Below, piece by piece: positions 11,942 through 25,094 of a stretch of 64,000 nucleotides of DNA. Origin of the DNA: Eledone cirrhosa (Eukaryota); contig OZ024741.1 of the NCBI GenBank assembly GCA_964016885.1, positions 99,820,001-99,884,000 on the forward strand. The letters are read 5' to 3'. Below the pieces are notes generated by a model. The model ran no database searches and had not been told where the DNA came from. It saw only the letters and a program-made list of their open reading frames with translations. Within the stretch, counting starts at the first letter, position 1. Each line of letters opens with the position of its first letter. Both the position numbers and the translations under genes were made by a program.

Positions 11942-12131
11942 GGGCGGTGGATTGGCAGTATCAGTAGAGGGTCGGACGCCATGCTTTCCAGCATAGTTAC
12001 GTCCCTTTACGATCTGAGTTCAAATCCCGCCGAGGTTGACTTTGCCTTTCATCCTTACGGGGTCGATAAAATAAAGTACCAGTAATACACTGGGGTAATT
12101 GCTAGCCTTGTGACGAAAGTAGAAACAAATT
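11942..12131 (+). mobile_element. tRNA/Nin-domain SINE
   Basis: A-box TGGCAGTATCAG, B-box GAGTTCAAATCC, Nin core. Confidence 0.85.
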
Positions 12132-12204
12132 TTACTACCTATCACAATAATACAATTGCATCCCATAGAATAGCCTATCAGTTATAAAAAGATATAGATA
12201 AATA

Positions 12205-12915
12205 AAGAAGAACAGAGAATTTTCATCTGAGCTCAAATACAAATATATTACACAGAGAGAAGTGTGTTACACAGTGAGATGTGTGTAAAAAATTATCTGT
12301 TCTTCTTCGAGCTATTATTATTATTATTATTACTGTGAACTGCGGAATACTTCAATTCCGATCTTTGTATATTTAATGAGCTCCAGATTGTAGAGCTAAT
12401 AAATTCGAATGGTTGGGCTGATCTCTCTAGTATTTCCCCCCCAATTCATGTGAGCCGTTATCTGGAGCACATAACACGTGATTTCGCCCTACTCTGGGAA
12501 GCGTGTTATTAGCTTTCTCTCTATCCATTAGGCTAGATGTGTGGTGGACAGTACCCATACTTGCTGACTGAGGATCCTATGGGCTGTTATACCGCACATT
12601 TCGGTGGTGAAACGAACTTAATTCGTATCAGCAAGATTATAGTTATAAGGTTAGTAATTTAAAACTCTACTTCAGAGATTTGATTCTGACTTAGGGTTTG
12701 TTCTATTTAATTGCTAACCTGTAGGTATTGTTCTCCATACAGTAACGGTTAAACTCACATGTAATAATTGTTTACACATATCTCACTGTGTAACACACTT
12801 CTCTCTGTGTAATATATTTATATTTGAGCTGAAATGAAAATTCTCTGTTCTTCTTCGAGCTAGTAATATTATTATTACTGTGAACTGCGGAATACTTTAA
12901 TTTCGATCTTTGTAT
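12205..12915 (+). mobile_element. Retrozyme/pLTR-like non-coding element with HHR
   Basis: Direct repeat 12297-12372 / 12845-12915; 12205-12296 is inverted against 12766-12856; ends in (TA)n. Confidence 0.7.
12560..12635 (+). ncRNA. Type I hammerhead ribozyme
   Basis: Stem I CTTGCTGA/TCAGCAAG, core CTGAGGA, GAA, stem III ACGAA/TTCGT, GUA cleavage triplet (12625-12627). Confidence 0.85.
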
Positions 12916-12934
12916 ATATATATATATATATCAA

Positions 12935-13690
12935 GTGTTTTGAAACTGTGAGCAGATTTGTAATTAGAAAATAGAATAGCGTTCACCGTATTTTTGACTA
13001 AAGGAATTTTAGCCTGATAATGGGGTTTAGAACCCTCAGATAAATGGAAAAAGATGAGTATTGACTTACTTGTGAGTCGAACCCACATCTTTGGTTATCG
13101 CGACCACTGTGCTACCATTACACCAACACATCACCCATCTCTTTCCATTCAAATTAGAAGCTACATTCTTAGCGAGTTTAAATGGCAAGTAAGTATGTTT
13201 TGAAACAGTGAGCAGGTTTGAAATTAGAAAATGGAATACCTTTCACCGTATTTTTTGACTAAAGGAATTTTAGCCTGATAATGGGGTTTAGAACCCTCAG
13301 ATAAATGGAAAAAGATGAGTATTGACGTACATGGGAGTCGAACCTACATCTTTGATTATCGCGACCACTGAGGGTTCTAAACCCCATTATCAGGCTAAAA
13401 TTCCTTTAGTCAAAAATACGGTGAAAGCTATTCTACTTTCTAATTTCAAACCTGCTCACTGTTTCAAAACATACTTACTTGCCATTTAAACTCGCTAAGA
13501 ATGTATCTTCTAATTTGAATGGAAAGAGATGGGTGATGTGTTGGTGTAATGGTAGCACAGTGGGCGCGATAACCAAAGATGTGGGTTCGACTCCCATGTA
13601 CGTCAATACCCATCTTTTTCCATTCATCTGAGGGTTCTAAACCCCATTATCAGGCTAAAATTCCTTTAGTAAAAAATACGGTGAAAGCTA
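12935..13690. mobile_element. Fold-back of tandem 260-nt units containing a tRNA-like domain
   Basis: Left arm ~1.7 units (minus), right arm ~1.2 units (plus), inversion point ~13370, (TA)n on both sides. Confidence 0.8.
13535..13605 (+). ncRNA. tRNA-like (Pol III promoter) domain; second copy 13062-13132 on minus
   Basis: TGGTGTAATGG A-box, GGTTCGACTCC B-box/T-arm, acceptor-like stem; atypical anticodon loop. Confidence 0.65.
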
Positions 13691-13692
13691 TG

Positions 13693-13745
<53 letters not shown>

Positions 13746-13839
13746 AATATATATAAATATATATGTGTGTGCGTGTGTGTGGGTGGGTGTGTGCGTGTGT
13801 GTGTGATGTAGACATTAGTCTATCTATACATATGAGTAC

Positions 13840-13980
13840 AAAGAAAGTGTGGTAAGAAACCAAGTGGACCATAACGCACCAGAGTACTCGATACTTATGG
13901 CAGTAGAGTCTGTAATAGTTAGGATCTAGCTGTCGAAACGGCCGGAGCTCAGCCGTCGGGGCAGTGACTCTTTTCCTATA
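13840..13980. mobile_element. Family B inverted remnant with half-hammerhead
   Basis: Reverse 3' end joined to GTCGAAACGGC..GCCGTC. Confidence 0.6.
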
Positions 13981-14529
13981 CATATGAATAAACATATATA
14001 AATATAGAATATAAAAAAAATACATGAATGCCTGCGCCGTTGCGATGTCAGCTTTGTAGTTCGGCAAGGAAGAATTTTTAAGAAATGTCCTCAAATTTGG
14101 TAAGAGATGCGCAGAGGAAAACCCGTAAAACGTGACGAGACCATTAAGTGGACTAAACACTACATTGATGTCACTGAGATGAGCACATGGACGATGATAA
14201 TATGTGCAGAAGAAAAACTCCGTCATCATCAGATATCGAAATTGACTTATACTGCTTCAACACTTGCTGCCAGTATTGATAGTACATCCGGGGTCGCAAC
14301 CTCTCAGAAGATTCTTAAACACAGATGTAGTCTAACGTAAAACATGAGAGTTGTGACGACAACGCCTCTGAGAACCTGGACAGTAAGATAAAATAAACAA
14401 AACAAATGAAGCCATCTCTTATATTACATGGAAATGACATATATACACAAAACTACAATAGTTAAATGGAACGATGTTTAAGACTGATCATATGTCGTTT
14501 AGATACAGAACCACAAAAACCAGAGATAG

Positions 14530-14564
<35 letters not shown>

Positions 14565-14924
14565 GAGAGGGAGAGAGAGAGAGAAAGAGAAAGAGAGAGT
14601 GAGTGAGAGAGAGAGTGTGTGTGTGTGTGTGACACAAAGAAGAAATAATTAGATGTCTTTCCGGCAAAAATTTGTTTTCTAGCCACTGATTGCGTCACGT
14701 CACGGATAATTAAAAATTAAATTAGCAACAGCTAGGGTGAAAAAGAAAGTGTAGTACAGAGACGGAGGAATAAATGACATGAAGAAACATAGACAACAAA
14801 ACGATGGTAACATATAGTGTATAAACAACACCATGGTTATCAGCTGTCGAAAAGAGAAAAGTGAGAGAAAGAAAGAGATATAAAGACAGGCAAAAATGCA
14901 AGGGGTCCGGTATATAATAGATAT

Positions 14925-15835
14925 ATTTCTTTATTTGCCACAAGGGCGCACAAGAAAAGGAGACAATACAAAGACATATGGCGGGGATTTTACATACAGT
15001 CGTGTAAAAATAGTTTTAACGTTAAAACATAACAATCGAAATCCCCAATAGGGAGAGGCGTTACAAATGGGTTGTTTTATACCCCGTAGATAGAACAACC
15101 CTTAACTCCAGGAACATGTTGTGCAGGTGCGCCTTTCTTCTTTTCGTTCTCTTCTTCAACCTACAGGCTTATATACAAAGAAGGCCCAATCTCTCGGACC
15201 ATTCTCGCCACATTCACCAACCTTTCAGTAAAATTACTGGGGTGCAGTAACTCTCTCTCCACACTGATTCTCCTTCTAAAGTGGGACCTAAAGAAGGTAA
15301 TGCGTTGTTGTCCGGTGAAAAAGGCATCTGTCCTCCGTCCTCTCAACATTGTCCACCATATAACCTCTTTCCCCATAGCTACACTACAGAGGAAAACCGT
15401 CTCTCTTTCGTTTTTAAATGAAGGTAGCGGTTTGATCCTTACTATGGACTCGGCAGTCAACTGGATTTGTCCCACACGCGACAGAAGTTGTTCTGGGTAG
15501 TTCGACAGGTCGGTTACGCCCGGGCAGTATTCAATTGCGTGCAGGACGGTTTCAATGTCCCGCTCACATCTTGAACACGTCCACTTTGAAGTATCCCTGC
15601 CGGGGCGTCCGTGCCTGTAGACCTTATCGCGTACTGGTAGAGCTCCTCGGTAGCATTGCCAGGCCAGGGACTTTTGGAAGTTGTCCGTAGGTCCCGGGTG
15701 GAAAGTCCTACCGAACAGAATGTTGAGCTCCTCTTCTTCGACGCCCAGGGTCTCTCCGAACACGTCGTCGCACTTGTATCGTACTATCCCCCTATAGAAT
15801 GACGAAGTGGGGTCTCCACTGATTGCTGTGGTTCT
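14925..15835 (-). mobile_element. L1/Tx1-clade LINE 3' fragment (zf-RVT region)
   Basis: FQKSLAWQCYRGALPVRDK..CSRC..ETVLHAIEYCP; AATAAA near the 3' end (~14930). Confidence 0.8.
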
Positions 15836-15844
15836 TACGTTACA

Positions 15845-17990
15845 TTCGCGGGTAATATTTTCAGAAATATATCTGGAGAAGAAAAGAAGTTCAACCAAGA
15901 TGCAGTGTGACTGAAAGGAAACCGAATGAACTATTGTACCTGCATTACACCAAAAACATACAGCATCTGTAGAGATACTATTGAGACTGTGATAGGAAAA
16001 CTTCATGATAGAGAACATCTGGAAGAGAGTTGATTGTCGGCTATTGGTACAAAGAAATGACTTTCTCTCGGATGTATCTTATCAAACTCTAATAGCAAAT
16101 TCTCGACGGTGATGTGCATATACTAAGCTGGTTGACAATAGCAAACACGATATTGGCTTTCTGAAAAAATGAAACTCACTTGGCAAAATACCGACCTATT
16201 GCATGTATAAAATGCATAGAACTTCTATGAACCCGTTCTTTTAGGATGACACTGAAAATAACAAAATCTTCATATATGAGCAAGTGACTGAGAAAAAAGA
16301 AGTTCGGGATGCTTTGAGCAATTTCTAATTTAAAAAAACCGAGATATGTCGCGACATTAGAGGAACTAGGTTACAGTATGACTGGACTACAGTAAAACAT
16401 TCGACTATGTTCCCCATTCGTGGGTGCCAGAGACCCTTCGACTTGTTCAAGTCCCAGATACCACTGTCAGCGCCATAGAGAACATATCGTCTTCCTGGAC
16501 TACTATGTTGAAATTAAATAAGGAGAGAGAGGATTATATTGCCACAGATAAAAGCGGGTATATTTCAAAGAGACATTATCACTGTGATGTTATCTATAAT
16601 GTCAGTAAATCCTTTATGTTGGGGATATATGAAATATTTATATTTGTTTCACAGTGGCCAGGAAGACAAACCTAACACATAGATTCTTTTTAGATCACCT
16701 GAAACTTTACGACAACATTATAAATGTGATGAAGCGAAACCATGACCTCTTTACGATGTCTTAAAAGATACCTGAATACAATTTGACTAGGATAAATGTT
16801 TCTATATGATTGTAAAATAATGCAATCCACATCCCAATCTAGTAACATCTCTGGCCTGACTATTTCGACGCTATCTGACGATGGCTGTTACAGATAGTTA
16901 TGGATGCATAAAATATATCATATGATATATCATATGAAGGAATTTCTAAAAAATTGGAATTTCTAAAGACGTGTAACAAGTTAATATAGCACCCAAATAA
17001 GAAAAATGTAGTCTTCTGAACGCTCTGTGTATCAGTGGCCCTCAATGTAGTTACTGTACCCGTATTGACTACACCGTTTGGACTACTTGACCGGTCGCTA
17101 GATAGGATCCGTGCCTTTGATGTTAAAACCCGCAAAGTTCTAACTGCTACCGGGAATTTCCACGAAAGCATTGATATAGATCGCCTCTACCTGTATGGTA
17201 AACAGGGTCCCTGAGGCGTAACATCAATTTAAACAGCATTTGAGTGTCGCATCATATCCCTCCAATAACATCTACAAACCATCATGCTTAGAATCTCATC
17301 TATAGAACAACTCTGTCTACATGAAGAAGATCAAATCATAAGAGTTGAGAAGGAGTTCTATGTGAGATATTCCATTCATGATACCAAAGTACTCACACCC
17401 AGGGATATGGTTTTGCTATCCCAGAACAGGAAATAACAACGAAATACCTAATGTACAAAAACATCGGAATGCATACGAAATAAGAAGATATGACAAGAAA
17501 TGCAGAATCTGAGGAAATAATATTGCAGCTGCCCAAAGATGCCATCAAGATACTATCTAGTTATTAGCTTGACGTTATGACCAAAATACAATTCAATGCA
17601 ATCTGTAGAAAGGATAGCCCTGAGAATGAACATAAAAACGTTACAATGAAAAAGAGGACATATGCACACATAATACGTGCAAGTGAAATGTTCCAGTCAA
17701 AACACCTCAAAAGAAGGCATGCAGGTTTGTGAAAAGCATATGCCCAACAGATGTCAATATAATGCTGAAGAATAACGAGAAAGAGAACATTTATACAGAC
17801 AGAACTAATGAGAAATCTGCAGATAGTCCACTCAGATTGTATCTTTAAATTCGTATCTGTGAAGATTGGGACTTTGTTATATGTTACTAACAGCCCTAAT
17901 AAAAATCTTGAGACGCTGCGTTTCACAGAATAAGAAAGGGCACGGCTAGTTAAGAAGTTGCAGGTACAGTAATAAACATGCATACCTACA
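15845..17990 (+). pseudogene. Old decayed R4/Dong-type element
   Basis: Fragments align to the intact ORF: YRPIAC, LDYSKTFDYVPHSWV, LKLY, DVKTRKVLTATGNF..DIDRLY, AIPEQEITTKYL, SCPKMPSRYYL; many stops and frameshifts. Confidence 0.8.
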
Positions 17991-20136
17991 CATGCAATAC
18001 CATCCATACATGCACACGCGCAAACACATACACATATACATACGTATTTACTTAGTTCCTGTTGTCTAAATTCCATGAAAGAGTCTTGATTCTATGTTAG
18101 AAACAGGGTCTCTCTCTATTAGTGAATATTTATAAATTAATAAATCCAGAAGGACATTCGGACATACATACATATATACATACATGCATGCATACATACA
18201 TGCATACATACACACAGACAAGTTTCTATTTCAAAAATATATCCGAGCGTACATACGTAAACATGTGAATGTTCGAGTACATCTGTATTTTTGTTTTTGT
18301 ATGTGCGCGCGCGTATCTGTACGTGTGTGTGTGTGAGGGAGAGAGTGAGGAGAGGGAGTGTGTGAGTGAATGTGTGTGCGTGCGTGTGTTTAGGAATTGA
18401 AATTATACTTATGAATATTGTTCTAATCACCATTCATTAATTTCAGTAATTAAATGATAGGAAAATGTTGATCGGTCAGCAAGCAATATATTGAAAATAT
18501 ATCGTAATGTGCTTCAATTAACAAAACACATTTAGCTTATTTAATGAGGAGTCTGAAGATGTAAGTGAACCTTTACTGAAATATAATATGCATATATGCT
18601 CTACTAAAATGACATTTGCATAAAGCATTGAGATTCTCTCTTTTAAATGAATCGTGATCTGTAAACACAACATTGTATTTATTGATATTTACTGTCGCTG
18701 AACGTCTTCTTACTTTTTATATTGTCGGTTAATTTCAGTGTTGAGAATGTCAGGTGAGACAGATTCTCTAAGCTCAAACATAGCCACAGGAGACACAGAA
18801 TTATTTGTGGTGAGCTATAAATTTTAACATATTGCTGCTGTAAATAATAAAATATAGATAGGAAAGGTGAAAAAACAAGCGCTATTGACTGTTAGTTCCC
18901 GTTTATATCAGTATTTTTCTGCAACCATTATCATCAAAGATGACGATAGCTTTAGGAAGAAAGAACATAAAGTGGCTTTTTGACAAGGTCTTTGCTGCCA
19001 TTGAAAGAGGAAATGCATAGAGAGATCACATGCAGTTTTTCTCTTGATATTAAATGAAGAGCTTGAATCAAAGACATTCGCTTATATAGTTATTATTGAT
19101 CTAAAGGCAAAACTACGTCTTAAGTAGGTTAATATACACAATGTTACTTAAGAGTGTTTGTTTTTTAGTAAATCATTGGCTGTTTATAAGAATTAGAAAT
19201 GTTGTAAATTGTAGGTACTTCGTTCAAATTATTATGGAGTTTTTTTCAAAGGAAATAATATAAGTGACGAAAATTAAGTCTTAAGTGCAAGAGAAAAACA
19301 TAATCTAATTTTGTTGGCAAACTATTGAATATTTCGCTATAAAATTGACAATAAAAGAAAGTGATGAGCTGCGCAGATGTACAGCGTTCCTATACCTTTC
19401 ATTTTCTGGTATGATGTTTATCATGAATATCCTCCTCCTTCCCAACCTGAAACCCATGGACCTTAGGGCACACCAAGTCTCTAAATCCTATTTCTTTCAC
19501 TGTTAGGAACCTCTGGAACACAGTTTCTGCCATTCTCATGTCTACTATTCGGAGTAGTCCTGATTTATATGATCACTACATGCTCACCAAATTTCTCTTC
19601 ACCCATATTGTGTTCATCTGTCAACAGCACCTGAATTTCTGTTCCTAATCCTTCCTTTCTAGAGCGTCAGTTTACTAAAAATTTTCCCAAGACAAACATA
19701 AATATGATCAATATTCTCTGTTTTGCAGAGTGTGTGAAGACCTTGGACACACCTCATTTCGTCAAACAAAAGTATAAAATGGAAAGCTACAGCATGCGTA
19801 CATATTCAGGTTTTAACATTTTTTACACATCCATATATTCTGCATTATCCAATAATATATCTATTTTCTGGTTATCTATTTTCTCGTACACGCCTTGACT
19901 GGGAGAAGCTCAGTTTCGCCATAAAATACTGTTTAGGTGTGATATAATATGAAAAACTCAATCATCCACATGGGCTCGCATATACATTTTTCTTCAGTTT
20001 ACCTTTGAAACACACTTCCTAAATTCCCGGCAATAAAACGTTTAGTAATTCCACATAAATCATTTTAGTTTGACACTCCCCTTTACAGTTTGCAGAAATT
20101 GGTTGAAACATTTTTATTATTACTGAGTTGTTGAAG

Positions 20137-20512
20137 GGTGGTGGATTGGCAGAATCGGTAGAGCGGAGGACACCAGGCTTTGCAGCATAGAGTTACAGCC
20201 ATTTACGGTTGGAATTTAAATCCCATCGAGGATAACTTTGCCTTTCATCTGGGGACGATTTATTCGACTTTACCCTGACCTAAAATTATTGGCCTTGTGC
20301 CTAAATCAGATTACATTATTATTGGATTGGCAGTATCGGTAGAGGGTCGGACGCCATGCTTTGACGCATAGAGTTACGGTCTTTGCCATTCTGAGTTCAA
20401 ATCCCGCCGAGGTTAACTTTGCCTTTCATCCTTACGGGGTCGATAAAATAAAGTACCAGTAATGCACTGGGTAATTGCTGGCCTTGTGCCAAAAAGTAGA
20501 AACAATTATTAT
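20137..20512 (+). mobile_element. Two tandem tRNA/Nin SINE copies
   Basis: Two GGATTGGCAG heads at ~20143 and ~20323. Confidence 0.85.
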
Positions 20513-21289
20513 TGAGTTGTTAAACTTAAGTCAATTTCACTGCGCAGTAATTAAGGTTACTATTTTTATTTTGTTTTTTGGCTTCATTGTAGGTAGTAGA
20601 ATCGCTGCATAAACAGAGTAATTGAACTTTTTGAGTATATCGACTTCTGGTTTGCGAAAAACAGCCGCTCTCTGGCTAAAGTGGATTTTACTAAATGCAA
20701 ACAATATCCAGATAGTGCTGATAAAATTAGCGAAAGCTTAAGTCTAGCACCCAAATTAAAATTCGGTGGGATTATAAATCAGAAAACCTACCACAATGAA
20801 GCCCAGCTCCATGGGCTGATACTTTATATTATTAGTTCAGAAAGGTTGGATGGTATAGTTGATTTTTGTGAGATTTGAACTCAATTTCCAAAATTCTGAG
20901 TATATTTTATCATTCGCTCTAGCAATATGATTCGTGAACATTATCTAACACCGCCGCAATTTATATATATGAAAGTTCCTGCGCTTTGTAGATAATCAGC
21001 CGTGAACTGTATGTAATGTAGTAAAACGAGAGAAGCAACCAAATGTAAATTTCCTTTAAGTTACCTGGTAGCGTGTGGGTCACACGCTATATAAATATTA
21101 TTAGGATTCAAAATTATAAGAATCGCAGTTGACTCACTTTAAAGTCGACACCAACATTTTCGTCAGATTACCATTAATGGCAATCGAAAGTGACCGTGAC
21201 GAAGACACTAAATTCACATTAGCTCAGTTCGGGTAGGCAATAGGCAAGTAAATACCTCTCATTGTTATAAGAAGCCTCGTTTACATTAA

Positions 21290-21720
21290 CATTTGTAGAT
21301 CTCTTCGGATACAAACGTAAACGAAATTATTTGAAAATACTACAGATGTTCCAACATTCTAGAACCACACCAGGAGACTTATGAGAGGCAAGCAGCTCAG
21401 CGACCGTATCTGTATCAGTGAGATGCTCAACATTACCAATCTTAGCCCAATTACATCAATTGTCAAGTCAAGAGTACTCAAGCTATATGGTCATATAAAA
21501 AGATCAAGTCATGGTGTGAGTAGGTTATGCCTGGAAGGAAGGTTGGCTGGTAACAGAAGCAGAGGCCGGCAGGCAAAACTATGGCTTCACAAGGTCAACT
21601 TATGGACTGGACTTGATATTTGCTTTTTGAAACCTGCTGCTGGTGATCGAACTTTGTCGAGAGAGATACCACATGTTAATGCGCAGTCTGCAACTGGCGG
21701 AGTTTAGCGTCACAAGAAGA
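21290..21720 (+). pseudogene. RTE LINE 3' fragment
   Basis: SRVLKLYGHIKRS..LEGRLAGNRSRGRQAKLW; short AAG tail. Confidence 0.75.
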
Positions 21721-22454
21721 TTAAACATTACGTAATTGGCTAAGAGCAGCTTTATCATCATGCAATTAGTCTCACTGGAACAGGTCTGCTACAAACCTAC
21801 TGACCTGTTATAAATTCGGCGTTACATTAGTAAGCTCAACGTTCAATGCCATGTGACAGTGAAGGGGAACTAAACTTGTTCTGCCTATTACTAATATATT
21901 ATATCATACTGCACTTATCACATAATATATTGTTTTCAGTATTCAAAGAAATCAAAGAGATTATCTATGTACACACGTTTAATGTGTGTAGATAATTTTG
22001 TAGGACAGCTTATTATGATTTGTAAACTCTTTAAGACAGAATAGCTGCGTTTACATCAGATATTATATCAGGCATATCGCTTCTTATTTACGATTGATTA
22101 ATTCAAGCCGTAATCTTTAAAAAAAACATACATATCTGCTCATACCAACTCCCGCGTCAGAAGATATGGCAAATTTATATCAAAGAACTTAGGTTTCATA
22201 GCAATTGTCTTCTAAGACTTCACCTTCAGTAGCATCTCTTTGGAGTTTGCTTAAACCACTAATCAAACGTATCGCAAAATTATATTGTTACAAAAGGAAT
22301 TATGTGGTTCGTGTTTCTTTTTGAACAATGAGTTGGAATTACATACCGTACTGCCGGGAAACACGCATACACACACATACATATGCATACACGGACACAC
22401 ATACACACCATACTCTCAGAAACACACACACAAGTATATATATGTGTGTGTGTG

Positions 22455-22568
<114 letters not shown>

Positions 22569-22902
22569 TGTGTGTGTGCGTGTCTGTGCGTCTGTGTGTT
22601 TGTACAGACGCTGTGTACATATTAACTATACAATAGGCGAATAAACTGAGTTAATTGGAGCTGTAAAATATGATCAGAGACGTCAATAGGGTTAGAACGA
22701 CGCTTCTGTTGTGTGCTGGAAGGTATACACTAGGTGCGAGGTTAGAGTCACAAACTTCGGAACTGGACTTTCTCTGAAAATTGTAATTTCCTGATATAAG
22801 GCTAATGCCTGTTAGTTGAATGCTTAATTTTTCCTTTTCCATTAAGTCGAACTTATAATTCTTGGTCTTAATGCAAGCTTGCATTTATCTTTATTCTCAT
22901 GA

Positions 22903-22938
<36 letters not shown>

Positions 22939-23191
22939 AAGGGTAGAGATTCTATAAAAAAATCGTGTAAAAGAAAGTGAAGATGCTTAAGATGGACAAA
23001 TGAGTTGCCATCAGCAACAACGTGCACACCTCCCTCGTATTTCCCAGATACTGGCTACACAATTAGAACCAGTAAATCAATAGATCGTGATAATTTACTG
23101 TCTTAGGTTAGATACGAGCTGAATCCCTGCTTTTAAATGTAAACACAGTGTACACCTATTCGATCTCTCGAACATTTACAAAGCATCGAAG

Positions 23192-23382
23192 TAATAATTG
23201 TTTCTACTTTTGGCACAAGGCCAGCAATTACCCAGTGCATTACTGGTACTTTATTTTATCGACCCCGTAAGGATGAAAGGCAAAGTTAATCTCGGCGGGA
23301 TTTGAACTCAGAATGGCAAGGGCCGTAACTCTATGCGTCAAAGCATGGCGTCCGACCCTCTACCGATACTGCCAGTCCACCG
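23192..23382 (-). mobile_element. tRNA/Nin SINE
   Basis: Reverse complement of the 20322-20512 copy. Confidence 0.85.
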
Positions 23383-23882
23383 ATGTAACAAAGCACCGAA
23401 GTAATAGTGTTTATATAAACAGTGATGTGCTCATGCGCCTAGCCAGTATCTGGGAGAAAAGAAGGAAAATAGAAAGATACATTATGGTTATCCACCCTTT
23501 TTCACTCAATGTTAAAACTAAAGTTCTTGTTGACAATGATCACCTCGTAAACCATATGTATGCACCAATGTTTAACCGATATGCAAAGAAATCGGCTATT
23601 TCTGCACCAGAAACTTGCATTCCCGAATCAACAACGAACAACTTGCCCTCTTGATCAGCTTGCTATGGAATAAACCACATGCAATCAAATCAGCATCAAG
23701 AGGACGAAATACATGTGTTTATGTCAGAACGTCGATTCAAATGCGGCTTCCTATACCACGGATATTACTTTTAGGGAGCCAAATAAACAAACAGCTACGA
23801 AGCTGGCAAATCACGTCTAGTCCTTGAGGGTCAACATGTACGGTCGCATGTACACACACAAACACTCACACACATATATATA

Positions 23883-23915
23883 CTAGCAGCAGTATCCAGC
23901 GTTGCCTGGGTAGGT
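23883..23915 (-). mobile_element. Helitron 3' end remnant
   Basis: CTAGCAG..CCAGCGTTGCCTGGG, similar to 10880-10908. Confidence 0.5.
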
Positions 23916-24054
23916 AAAATAATATCTGCTTTGATGTAAAGGTGTTGATCTTAGCGACTGCTTCTCGATGACTCATCTATGGCCACACACAGGCCATGCA
24001 GGGGAGGGTGGTGATGACCTCTATCACTGAGAAACGCGGGTGACTGACGGAGGG

Positions 24055-24737
24055 GAATGCACCGACAGCAGATCATACACCCAAATGTCCGTAAGATACC
24101 CCTGAGTAACTATCTAGCAACATGTGGTTAGAGAATATTTATAATATTTCCATTCTACAAATTACACAGCCCAAGTGAAATCAAGAGAAAAATCAAAGAA
24201 AAGAATTTTATTGATAAATTCCAACCCAAGCTAAATGAACGATAATAATGGGGTATTACTCCTACTATGACTATGACTACGATCATATCGACTACTACCA
24301 CTAAAAACAACAAAAACAACAATAATAATAATAATAAAAGTGATGTTGATGGTGATGATTACTAGAAAATGCTATTTTCATCATTTCTAAAAATAGCAAA
24401 ACAATTGTTGCTTTGGATAGGGTCAAATAGTAGTCGTTAGGCATGCTCAGCCAACCGTGACGCCTTTAGTAATCCAGTAATACTACACACCGATTGGTCG
24501 AAATACAGTTTGCAAAATTACAGTTAGCCGCTTTTCATCTCATTACAGTTGGAAATTGCAAACTTGACTGTCACCACAGAATATGGACCTGAAGATTGCG
24601 AAAGCATGAAATTACTTGTTCAATTAACACTTAACATTTAATATTCTACCATACTATTTCATTCTAATACCATTATAAATGTTAAAGTATTGTAAATAAA
24701 ACGAGTAAATCAAACAAAGTTGGAATTCCTTTTATTA

Positions 24738-24745
<8 letters not shown>
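24055..24745 (+). mobile_element. Penelope-like 3' fragment (GIY-YIG C-terminus + pLTR)
   Basis: HRQQIIHPNVRKIPLSNYL..IFPFYKL..RKIKEKNFIDKFQPKLN*; HHR downstream; (TA)n end. Confidence 0.7.
24585..24621 (+). ncRNA. Minimal hammerhead ribozyme
   Basis: GGAC-CTGAAGA-TTGCGAAAGCAT-GAAA-TTAC-TT-GTTC. Confidence 0.65.
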
Positions 24746-24771
<26 letters not shown>

Positions 24772-24998
24772 GGTAATAGTAATACATTTGAAGACTAAAA
24801 TCCGAAGATATGGATAATATTTATATATCAAATATATAAAAACCATAGAGCAAATATTTATTAAAATAACTGATTAAAGTTTAAACAAAGAATCGCTGCT
24901 TGCACCCTTAACGCGATCTTCTGAAACTCAGAGGATAATTTTCAAAGGATCACCCGTTAAGGGTGAAAGTAGCGATTCTTTGCTTAAACTTTAACCTG

Positions 24999-25005
<7 letters not shown>
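24772..25005. mobile_element. Family A fold-back
   Basis: 24865-24912 is inverted against 24953-25003; (TA)n on both sides. Confidence 0.75.
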
Positions 25006-25087
<82 letters not shown>

Positions 25088-25094
25088 TACATGC

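Noticed and set aside
15161-16018. 285-aa ORF as a real gene
   Set aside because: Chimeric: Tx1 C-terminus read in from the antisense of a decayed R4 element.
18550-18605. CTGAAGA..GAAA hammerhead candidate
   Set aside because: Stem III and cleavage triplet do not register; decayed or chance.
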